This document shows positions 1 through 7,810 of a stretch of 13,978 nt of DNA, in pieces; the stretch's first letter is position 1, and each line of letters starts with the position of its first letter. Below the pieces are notes generated by a model that saw nothing but the letters and a program-made list of their open reading frames with translations, ran no database searches and had not been told where the DNA came from. Both the position numbers and the translations under genes were made by a program. Source of the DNA: Verrucomicrobiota bacterium (lineage in GTDB: Bacteria; Verrucomicrobiota; Lentisphaeria; Lentisphaerales; Lentisphaeraceae); contig JBDKFG010000094.1 in assembly GCA_039798785.1 (NCBI GenBank), positions 1 to 13,978 of the forward strand. Direction: 5' to 3'.

Positions 1-2
1 AA

Positions 3-137
3 GCCTTCGGCATCAGCGGCGGCCTCTTCTGGATTGACGAGGAGGAGAAGAAGCGCACCCTCGAGGCCCGGCAGGCGAAGCAGAAGCTCGGCGAGCCCAA
101 GACCATCGTCGATCCGACCTGGAAGATGGCGGAGTAA
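3..137 (+). CDS. 3' end of an unidentified protein-coding gene entering from the left edge (…AFGISGGLFWIDEEEKKRTLEARQAKQKLGEPKTIVDPTWKMAE*)
   Basis: Open frame from position 3 to TAA at 135-137, read by hand, with GC-rich third codon positions like the other real genes. It is absent from the ORF track because no start lies in the window. Confidence 0.7.
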   Translation, partial: AFGISGGLFWIDEEEKKRTLEARQAKQKLGEPKTIVDPTWKMAE

Positions 138-141
138 GGAC

Positions 142-537
142 TTAGTCCGCCGCCACCGGTTCTTCCCGACTGGATTCGTCTTCCTGCCAGACGCGTCTTG
201 CCACCTGGTGCTCCCAGGCGTCGCGCTTCCAGGTCCAGAGGTCAAGGAAGGCGGCGAAGTCCGGTGAGCTCAAGGCGTGGTGGATGCCGTTCAAATCCTC
301 GCGGCTGAGGTCGGATGTGAGGTCGGCCCTGGCTGCGATTTCGCTGCAAAGCCGGAAGAGCAGGGGCTCATCGATCTCCATCTCCATCGCGGCGAGTGCG
401 AGGCGGCAGGAGTCGAGCAGGTGCTCGCTGAGGACTTCTCCGGCCTCGCCGTTGAGGACGATCGATTCCTCGATAAGCCAGACCAGCGGCCAATGGCTCT
501 GTGATTCGGTGGTCCAGGCAATGCTTTGGTGGAACAT
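142..537 (-). CDS. Hypothetical acidic protein, about 131 aa
   Basis: Within ORF 142..573. The ATG at 537 (MFHQSIAW…) is preceded by a GGGAGG Shine-Dalgarno (cctccc at 544-549 on +). Globular-looking composition; no family recognised. Confidence 0.7.
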   Translation of the reverse strand: MFHQSIAWTTESQSHWPLVWLIEESIVLNGEAGEVLSEHLLDSCRLALAAMEMEIDEPLLFRLCSEIAARADLTSDLSREDLNGIHHALSSPDFAAFLDLWTWKRDAWEHQVARRVWQEDESSREEPVAAD

Positions 538-686
538 GGAAAACCTCCCGTGGCTGAAGGAAGATAAACCCACATCGTCGCCAAATGCAAGGGGGACATT
601 CCTGGTTGGTTTTCATCTCTCTCGAAAATAGCGGCAGGAGGCGAAATTTTCGAGCATGTAGTCGATTTCCTTTCTTCGTCCAGCAG

Positions 687-706
687 CCACGCGTATATAC
701 GCGTGG
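687..706. repeat. Perfect 20-bp palindrome CCACGCGTATATACGCGTGG
   Basis: Directly visible and identical to its own reverse complement. Intergenic and preceded by GCAG. Confidence 0.85.
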
Positions 707-711
707 TCCAG

Positions 712-758
712 CTGCGTGTTCTGCGGTTGATTCCGTGCTCTCCGTGTCTTCCGTGGTT
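712..758. repeat. Degenerate 9-bp-period repeat (CTGCGTGTT/CTGCGGTT, then TCCGTGnnn x3)
   Basis: TCCGTG occurs at 732, 741 and 750; CTGCG at 712 and 721. Spacing is 9 bp within each set. Confidence 0.75.
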
Positions 759-784
759 CAGCTTCTGGCGGAGTCGGATTAGGA

Positions 785-2413
785 TCAAAGGCTCAAGGGC
801 GTCGGCAGCGCTTGCAGGTGCTTCTGGCCGCCGATGTCCCATTCGATTTCGAGAGGGAGGCTGCCATCGGGGTGCTTGCCTGGTTTGACGGCGAGGAGGA
901 TCTGGGACTTGCCGGGGCTGAGGGGGCGAGTGGGGAGGGGGGTCAGAAGCCAGGGATTTTCACCGCCGAGGCGGAGGCTGCCCTTGAGCAGGCCGGGAGA
1001 GCGGAGGGGCGGGAAAATCAGGTCGATCTGCACCCGTTGCGATTTGTCGTTGTATTTCGCCACAGGGGTGATTTCAGCGCCGAGGATTTTCAGGATCGCC
1101 GCTCCGTGTTGCGGATCGCTGAAGGACTTGCTGAGGTCCCTGACCGTTGAATTGAGCAGGCTGCCGATCTGAGCCGGAGTTTTGGCCGGGCTGCCGCTGT
1201 TGGCGGCGGCGAGGGCTTTAAGCGAGTCTGGCGGCGTTCCCTGCCAGCCCTCAAGGACTTCGTTGGCGCTTTCGACCGCAGCCAGCAGGGGGTTGCCGGC
1301 GACGGCCGGACCGCAGCTCAGGCGCCGCGACGAGAGGGCGAAGATCAAGGCGTGCAGGGCGTTGGAGAAGTCGCCCCCGTCGGCTTGCGACTGGGGATTT
1401 CCCTGGGCATCGCTGGGGGCGGGACTGAAAGAGCCGTCGGACTGGCGGCGGGCCAGGATGGTGGCTCCCTGGCCACGCCAGAATTCGTCGTAACTGCCGT
1501 TTTCGGCGCTCCACCAGGCGGCGGCGAGGAGGCCGAGGCTGGCGCATCCGTGGCCGGTGTTGAGACTCTCCATTTTTTTGCTGGTGCCGCCGTCGGGAAG
1601 CGATGCTTTGACGTATTTCGAGGCGGCGCCGTAGATCGACGATTTCTTCTGGTTGAGGGCGAGAAGGGCGAGAAGGCCCATCGCGGTGCGCCCCGGCCCG
1701 TGCAGATTCTTCTGGTTGGAACGGGGGCTGTAGCCGATGCCGCCTTTGGGCGCCCCCCGCCCGCCCCAGCCGCCGTCGGAGACGCTGTCGGCAAGGTATT
1801 TCATCGCCTTGTCGACGGTCTTCTGGTCGATCTTCACGCCTTCACGTCGGGCCATGCCGAGGCCTTGCATCGCCATGACGCTGGTGGCGATCAGGTCGTC
1901 ATAGCCGAGCTCGTTTTTCTTGTCTTCGAAGCCGTGGCACCAACTGCCGCGGACGGTTTGCGACTGGCTCAGCTTGAGGCAGTATTTTTCCATCAGGCTT
2001 TTGACCTGCCCTTTCTGGCTGCCGGAGCCGAGGCGGTGCAGCTCCGCCAGGAAGACCGTGCTTTGGGCGCAGCCCCACACCGGCTGCAGGGAGAAGCTGT
2101 TGTCGCCCATGATTCTTTCGATCTGCTGGTAACAGGCTTTCAGGCCGGCCTTGTGCGGTCCGGAGCTTAGCGTCGACCCATTCGCCAGAAAGGCCAGGCC
2201 GGCGTTGGCATAGAGCACACCGTGGGCACTGTCGTTGAAATGATAGTTGACCTTGCCGCTGACGATCCGACTCTGCAGACCGTCGAGAAGTTTCTGCTGC
2301 GCCTCTTCACGGATCTTGGAGTTGATTTCGGGGGCCCAGGCAAGAGCCGAGGATTTCAGCTCTAAGGCGGGGGAGTTCAGCTCCAGCAAGGAACAAACGA
2401 GGATGGACAGCAT
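785..2413 (-). CDS. Prenyltransferase/squalene-oxidase-repeat (terpenoid cyclase-like alpha-alpha toroid) protein with an unrecognised C-terminal domain
   Basis: 542-aa ORF with AGGAG before the ATG. Motifs AGLAFLANG, QTVRGSW, AMQGLGMARREGVKIDQKTVDKAMKYL…GGIGY and RRQSDGSF resemble the QW-like repeats of this superfamily. Confidence 0.7.
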   Translation of the reverse strand: MLSILVCSLLELNSPALELKSSALAWAPEINSKIREEAQQKLLDGLQSRIVSGKVNYHFNDSAHGVLYANAGLAFLANGSTLSSGPHKAGLKACYQQIERIMGDNSFSLQPVWGCAQSTVFLAELHRLGSGSQKGQVKSLMEKYCLKLSQSQTVRGSWCHGFEDKKNELGYDDLIATSVMAMQGLGMARREGVKIDQKTVDKAMKYLADSVSDGGWGGRGAPKGGIGYSPRSNQKNLHGPGRTAMGLLALLALNQKKSSIYGAASKYVKASLPDGGTSKKMESLNTGHGCASLGLLAAAWWSAENGSYDEFWRGQGATILARRQSDGSFSPAPSDAQGNPQSQADGGDFSNALHALIFALSSRRLSCGPAVAGNPLLAAVESANEVLEGWQGTPPDSLKALAAANSGSPAKTPAQIGSLLNSTVRDLSKSFSDPQHGAAILKILGAEITPVAKYNDKSQRVQIDLIFPPLRSPGLLKGSLRLGGENPWLLTPLPTRPLSPGKSQILLAVKPGKHPDGSLPLEIEWDIGGQKHLQALPTPLSL

Positions 2414-2574
2414 GGACGGCTCCTGATCTGCGTTGAGGGACGCAATATCAAACGAGCGAGACCGGGAATTATTGAGTGTAAAAAGGGATTAAATTGATCA
2501 AATTCGTCAGAATTTTCTAGCCTCCAAAAAAATCACCCTGTGTCTCATGTTCAGATGGAGGCAAGCAGGCCAAG

Positions 2575-3555
2575 TCAAGGCTGGGAGGGGGCGGCGGGGG
2601 TTTTCTTGGGCTTTTCGAGATCAAGCTTGCGCCAGGCGGTGATCACGGGTTCATCGAAGAGGACGATGTCGCCGGGCGCCTTGGGGTCGGCGGCTTCGCC
2701 GGCTTTGGTTTTTGGGGCGAGGAGGATGGTGATGCGACGGGCCTGCAGGGTGTCGCGTCCCTCGGTGATCACCGGCTTGCCGGTGAGTTTGAGGGTGTTT
2801 TCCACCAGGGAGTAGGTGGCGTCGCTGCATTTGCAGGTTTGGAGTCCGCGTTTGATGACGATGTTGCCGTGGGCGATGGCGGTGCTGATCTGTTTGCGTC
2901 CGTCCTTGTCTTCCTCGAGGAAGCAGGTGAGGCGTTCGCAGGTCAGGATCATGTCTTCGCTGACGATGATGACGTCATGCTCGAAGATCGCCTGTTTGCC
3001 GGTGTCGTCGTAAATCAGGTTCTGGGCGGTGATGTCGAGTTTTTCGGCGGGGAGCTTATCGGATTTGTGCGCCGGTGTTTTGAGAGGATCGGCTTTGGCT
3101 TTGGCGTCGGCCTCCTTGGCTCTCCAGGAGGATTTGACCCGGTCGCGGATGAAGAAGGTGCGGGAGTCACGATTTTTGCCATCGGGTCCGGCGACACGGC
3201 GGAATTCGAAATCGAAGCCGAGGCCGGTGATGGTGAAGCCCGGGCCGCTAATCTCGACGGTTTCCTGCGAGGCGCCTTTGTGCAGGGGCGACTTCTTGTC
3301 CTGGTAGGACTTGTCGATCAGGCAGGAAGGGGTGACGATGCGCAGCTCCTCCTTGCCCTGGCTGAAGGTGCGGATCTCGACGCCTTTGAGGGTGGTGCGG
3401 TCACCGCTGATGCGGGCTTCCTGGGGGCTGATGCGGACCTTCTCCGCTCCGGATTCGTCGTATTGCGAGACGCTGGTCTTTTTCAGCACAACGTCTTCTT
3501 CGGCGGGGAGGCCGAGGGGGATGAGGATCAGCAGGGAGCAGAGCAGGGAGCGCAT
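2575..3555 (-). CDS. Two-domain beta-jellyroll protein: N-terminal LptC-like domain plus C-terminal LptA/OstA domain
   Basis: 326 aa with a signal-peptide-like N-terminus. The first half ends in …VEISGPGFTITGLGFDF…FFIRDRVK (LptC-like). The second half has LDITAQNLIYD…AIFEHDV…AIAHGNIVIKRG…ATYSLVENTLKLTGKPVITEGRDTLQARRITI (OstA/LptA pattern). AAGGAC RBS. Confidence 0.75.
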   Translation of the reverse strand: MRSLLCSLLILIPLGLPAEEDVVLKKTSVSQYDESGAEKVRISPQEARISGDRTTLKGVEIRTFSQGKEELRIVTPSCLIDKSYQDKKSPLHKGASQETVEISGPGFTITGLGFDFEFRRVAGPDGKNRDSRTFFIRDRVKSSWRAKEADAKAKADPLKTPAHKSDKLPAEKLDITAQNLIYDDTGKQAIFEHDVIIVSEDMILTCERLTCFLEEDKDGRKQISTAIAHGNIVIKRGLQTCKCSDATYSLVENTLKLTGKPVITEGRDTLQARRITILLAPKTKAGEAADPKAPGDIVLFDEPVITAWRKLDLEKPKKTPAAPSQP

Positions 3556-3568
3556 GGAAGGGTCCTTG

Positions 3569-4459
3569 TCAGTGGTGGCGGCGGATTTCGGGCGTCTGGC
3601 CGCGCAGGACGGAGTTGCCGTTGAAGAGGGTGGACTGGTCGAATTCGAGTTCGGTCTCGAGTTCGGCGCGGCTGAAGGCGCCGGAGCGGGAGAAGAGCTC
3701 TACCGGGTTTTCCCAGAAGAGCTTGTCGAGCTGCGACTGATCGACGCCCTGCTGGCGGAGGAGTTCGGCGACGACGCAGGTGGAGAGGGGGTTGGAGACG
3801 CCCCAGTCGGCGGAGGAGTTGACGAGGATGCGCTCGGTGCCGTATTTGAGGACGATGGCGACCATCCGTTCGGCGTCCATCTTGGTGCGCGGGTAGATGG
3901 TGTGGCCGGCCCAGAAGCCGCCCTCGAGGACCATCTGGACGGTCTCTTCGTTGTTGTGGTCGATGCAGATCAGGGAGGGGTCGTTGCCGACCTCCTTGAT
4001 CAGATTGATGGTGGCGACGACGCCGTTCTTCTTGTCGCGGTGCGGGGTGTGGACGATGACCGGCAGGTTGCGTTCCTTGGCGAGGACCAGCTGGCGTTTG
4101 AAATAGCGGTGTTCGAGCTCGGTCATGTCGTCGTAGCCGATTTCGCCGACGGCGACGACGTTGTCCTTCTCGAGGTAGCGGGGGAGGAGGGCCATGACCG
4201 CCTCGGCGAGCTCTTCGTTGTTGGCTTCCTTGGCGTTGACGCAGATGGCGGAGAAGTGGCGGATGCCGAACTGCGAGGCGCGGAAGCGCTCCCAGCCGGT
4301 GATCATCTGGAAGTAGTCGTCGAAGGAACCGGCGTGGGTGCGGGCCTGGCCGAGCCAGAAGGCCGGTTCGATGACGGCCCGGATGCCGGCCTTGTACATC
4401 GCCATGTAGTCGTCGGTGGTGCGGGAAACCATGTGGATGTGGGGGTCGAAGAAGCGCAT
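3569..4459 (-). CDS. eboB: TatD-family metal-dependent hydrolase, EboB type
   Basis: N-terminus DPHIHMVSRTTDDY…IEPAFWLGQ…GWERFRASQFGIRH, plus GEIGYD, HTPHRDK, DHNNEET and NSSADWG motifs characteristic of the EboB subfamily. Adjacent to an eboA-like gene. Confidence 0.88.
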   Translation of the reverse strand: MRFFDPHIHMVSRTTDDYMAMYKAGIRAVIEPAFWLGQARTHAGSFDDYFQMITGWERFRASQFGIRHFSAICVNAKEANNEELAEAVMALLPRYLEKDNVVAVGEIGYDDMTELEHRYFKRQLVLAKERNLPVIVHTPHRDKKNGVVATINLIKEVGNDPSLICIDHNNEETVQMVLEGGFWAGHTIYPRTKMDAERMVAIVLKYGTERILVNSSADWGVSNPLSTCVVAELLRQQGVDQSQLDKLFWENPVELFSRSGAFSRAELETELEFDQSTLFNGNSVLRGQTPEIRRHH

Positions 4460-5112
4460 CAGCGGATTCCTTTTTCGTTCATGAAGACAAGGGCGTCATC
4501 GGGGAGGCTGCGGCCGGCGCTGCGGCGTTCCGCCAGCAGGTCGGCGAGGACGCGGGCCATCTCGTCGCAGAAGCGTTCGTGACGGCCGACGACGGCGGAG
4601 AACTTGAGGCCGAGGAAGATGGTCTTCACCAGCATGTGGATGAACTCGCGGTCGTCGAAGTGGGCGGCGGGGTAGGGGTTGTTCTGGGCCAGGGCGCCGA
4701 AGGTGACGGCGGAGTTGCTGCGGGCGCAATTGACGGCGTCGAGCTTGAAGTCGGCGGCGTCGTCGCGCAGGTTGAGGGCACGCAGGGCGGCGGCCTGTTC
4801 TCCCTCGTCGCCGCGGAGAAGGACGTGGCGGAGGAGTTCCGGGCTGCAGACGGTGGCGAGCAGGATGCGCCCGAGCTGGGCTCTGGTTTCGACCGACAGG
4901 TCGACCGGGAAGGCGCTGAGGGCGATGCGGTGCGGGCCGGACCAGAGGGGGAGATCGCGGCCGAGACGGCGGGGCGCCCCTGAGTAGAGGCGGTGGAAGG
5001 TCTCGACGTCGAGATTGGGGCCGGCGAGCAGGCCGTCGGCGAACTCAGCCGCTGCCTGGGTCTTCGGCAGGGAGTGGGTGAAGATTTCGTAAAGCGAATC
5101 CATCGTGATCAA
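4459..5112 (-). CDS. eboA: EboA-domain protein (start may be TTG at 5112 or ATG at 5103)
   Basis: C-terminal pattern RGDEGEQAAALRAL…ARSN…FGALAQNNPYPAAHFDD…VKTIFLG…LAERRSAGRSLP matches EboA. Its TGA overlaps the eboB ATG (TGATG). Confidence 0.78.
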   Translation of the reverse strand: MITMDSLYEIFTHSLPKTQAAAEFADGLLAGPNLDVETFHRLYSGAPRRLGRDLPLWSGPHRIALSAFPVDLSVETRAQLGRILLATVCSPELLRHVLLRGDEGEQAAALRALNLRDDAADFKLDAVNCARSNSAVTFGALAQNNPYPAAHFDDREFIHMLVKTIFLGLKFSAVVGRHERFCDEMARVLADLLAERRSAGRSLPDDALVFMNEKGIR

Positions 5113-5138
5113 GGCCTTTGAAGTTTGGGTCCCGGGAC

Positions 5139-5167
5139 AATCTATACGCTCGCGAAGACTTGGTCAG
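5139..5167 (-). promoter_or_regulatory. Possible sigma70-type promoter for eboA-eboB-lptC/A (CTGACC-N17-TAGATT)
   Basis: On the - strand, CTGACC and TAGATT lie 17 bp apart in the 87-bp gap upstream of eboA. Motif match only. Confidence 0.3.
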
Positions 5168-5199
5168 GGGAGCTCGATGAAAACCTTTTCAGTGTCGCT

Positions 5200-5976
5200 T
5201 CACTTCCGTGCCGCTTCGCTGAAGGTCTTGGCGACAAGAGGGAGCTCGCGGCTCCAGTACTTCCAGTCGTGGCCTCCTTCGGTGTCGCGCCAGTTGAGCT
5301 CGACCCCGGCGGCCTGGCAGGCGGCGAGGGCGGTCCGGTTCTCGGCGAGGAAGAAGTCGTTCTTGCCGCAGATGACGACGCGCGGACGCTTGTCTTTTTT
5401 CAGCGCCTCGATCATTTCGGGATGGAAGAGGTCGAAGACGCCCCGGGCGTGATCCGCTCCCATCGCCACGGGAAGTTCCCATTGATTCCATTTCGACGGG
5501 GTGATGCAGGGGCTGAGGCCGGCAAAGGCGCTGAACACTCCGGGATGGCGGCTGCCGAGACGCAGGGCGCCGAATCCGCCCATCGAGTTGCCGGCGATCC
5601 ACCGGTCGGGAAGGGTGGCGTAGCGGGCTTCGATGAACGGGATGACTTCCTTGACGATGAATTCTTCCGATCCGTTGTGGGTGTTGTACCAGCTGAAAGG
5701 CCCAGCGGTGGGGCAGATGATCAGCCGCTTGTATTCGTCGGCAATCTTCTCGACCGCGCCCCCGGTCTTGCTCTGCCAGGCGTCTGACTGGTCGCTGGCA
5801 CCGTGCAGCAGGTAGAACTGCGGCAGCCGGGTGCCGGACGGGACGGCGTCCGGGACGACGACCCGGCAGGTGAAGGTCTTCTGCAGTTTTTCCGAGCGGA
5901 TCTCGAGGTCCTCGACCTTGGCGGCGAGGGTGGCGAGCGGCAGTGACAGGAGCAGTGCGGAGAACAGGCGTTTCAT
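5200..5976 (-). CDS. Secreted alpha/beta-hydrolase, putative esterase (tributyrin esterase / S-formylglutathione hydrolase-like family)
   Basis: Nucleophile elbow GNSMGG, YLLHG motif, CGKND acid residue and GGHDWKYW histidine. The likely ATG at 5976 (MKRLFSALLLSLPLATLA, signal peptide) has a GGAGA RBS. Confidence 0.85.
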   Translation of the reverse strand: MKRLFSALLLSLPLATLAAKVEDLEIRSEKLQKTFTCRVVVPDAVPSGTRLPQFYLLHGASDQSDAWQSKTGGAVEKIADEYKRLIICPTAGPFSWYNTHNGSEEFIVKEVIPFIEARYATLPDRWIAGNSMGGFGALRLGSRHPGVFSAFAGLSPCITPSKWNQWELPVAMGADHARGVFDLFHPEMIEALKKDKRPRVVICGKNDFFLAENRTALAACQAAGVELNWRDTEGGHDWKYWSRELPLVAKTFSEAARK

Positions 5977-6144
5977 GAAGTCTCCCGGGTTTCTAGCTTG
6001 GCGGTAGGGGGAATATAGAGCCGGCATGCCGGATTCGGCGAATTGCCGCCAAGCCGAATATCTGTCATCGCGCCCTCCCGGAGACCTAGCCTAGAAGCGT
6101 CCCCCGCCTATGTTAGGCGGCAGCAAAATCCAGGAGTCCCTCAC

Positions 6145-6888
6145 ATGCCGAAAGGTGGCACCGTCCTCGTCATCCCCGCTCGCTATGCCAGCACCCGCTT
6201 CCCCGGAAAGCCGCTTGCTTTGATCGCCGGCAGGCCGATGATCCAATGGGTCCATGAAGCCGCCTGCAGGTCCAAGCTGGCTGATCTGGTCATCGTCGCC
6301 ACCGACGACATCCGCATCAAGGACCTGGTCGAAGGCTTCGGCGGCCGTGTCGCCATGACTTCGCCTGATCATCCCTCCGGCACCGACCGGATCGCCGAGG
6401 CGGTCAAGGATCTGCCTCACGATCTGGTCATCAACCTCCAGGGGGACGAGCCTCTGCTGCCGCCTGAAGTGGTCGATCAGCTGATCGAAGCGATGCGGGC
6501 CGATCCCGCCGCGGCGATGGGCACCGTCGCCGTCCCCTGCGACGCTGATTCCGAGGATTTCCGCAATCCCAACATCGTCAAGGTCGTCACCGACGCCTCC
6601 GGCCGAGCGCTCTACTTCTCGCGCTCGCCTATCCCCTACTTGCGCAACAAGCCCGCCGGCGTCAAGGGCTTGACTCATTGGGGGATCTATGCCTACCGGC
6701 GCCAGCTCCTCGACGACTTCGTCAAATGGCCCCAGGGCCGTCTCGAGGCGATCGAATCCCTGGAGCAGCTGCGCGCCCTCGAAAACGGCGTCGGCATCCG
6801 CGTCCTGATCTCCGACAAGCGCAGCATCGGCGTAGACGTGCCCGATGACGTTGCCAAGGTGGAAGCCCAGTTAAGAGTTAAGAGTTAA
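6145..6888 (+). CDS. kdsB: 3-deoxy-manno-octulosonate cytidylyltransferase (CMP-KDO synthetase)
   Basis: Motifs IPARYASTRFPGKPLA, SGTDR, NLQGDEP, ALYFSRSPIP and LEQLRALENG. ATG at 6145 follows AGGAG at 6132-6136. Confidence 0.97.
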   Translation: MPKGGTVLVIPARYASTRFPGKPLALIAGRPMIQWVHEAACRSKLADLVIVATDDIRIKDLVEGFGGRVAMTSPDHPSGTDRIAEAVKDLPHDLVINLQGDEPLLPPEVVDQLIEAMRADPAAAMGTVAVPCDADSEDFRNPNIVKVVTDASGRALYFSRSPIPYLRNKPAGVKGLTHWGIYAYRRQLLDDFVKWPQGRLEAIESLEQLRALENGVGIRVLISDKRSIGVDVPDDVAKVEAQLRVKS

Positions 6889-6938
6889 GAGTTAAGAGTT
6901 AAGAGTTAAGAGTTAAGAGTTAAGAGTTAAGAGTTAAG
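6869..6938. repeat. Perfect heptamer tandem repeat (AGTTAAG)x10
   Basis: Counted directly: 70 bp, 10 exact copies, overlapping the kdsB stop codon. Confidence 0.98.
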
Positions 6939-6967
6939 TGACAACAACCTTTCAACCTCAGGTTCCC

Positions 6968-7795
<828 letters not shown>

Positions 7796-7810
7796 TCCAG
7801 GAACCATCCC

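Noticed and set aside
2470..2515. Specific promoter or FNR-like site in the AT-rich spacer upstream of the 542-aa gene
   Set aside because: Probably promoter DNA, but the TTGATC/TACACT spacing is 15 bp and TTGATCAA lacks the TTGAT-N4-ATCAA geometry, so no specific call is supportable.
6043..6144. N-terminal extension of KdsB (and likewise 5977-6027 for the esterase)
   Set aside because: The downstream ATGs have clear Shine-Dalgarno sequences and match the expected N-termini.
6869..6938. CRISPR array
   Set aside because: Contiguous 7-bp units with no spacers, and no cas genes in the window.
6938..6967. GTG start for kdsA at 6938
   Set aside because: The GTG is formed by the last base of the repeat, and the KdsA-like sequence starts near ATG 6968. 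The true start remains uncertain because neither candidate has a strong RBS.
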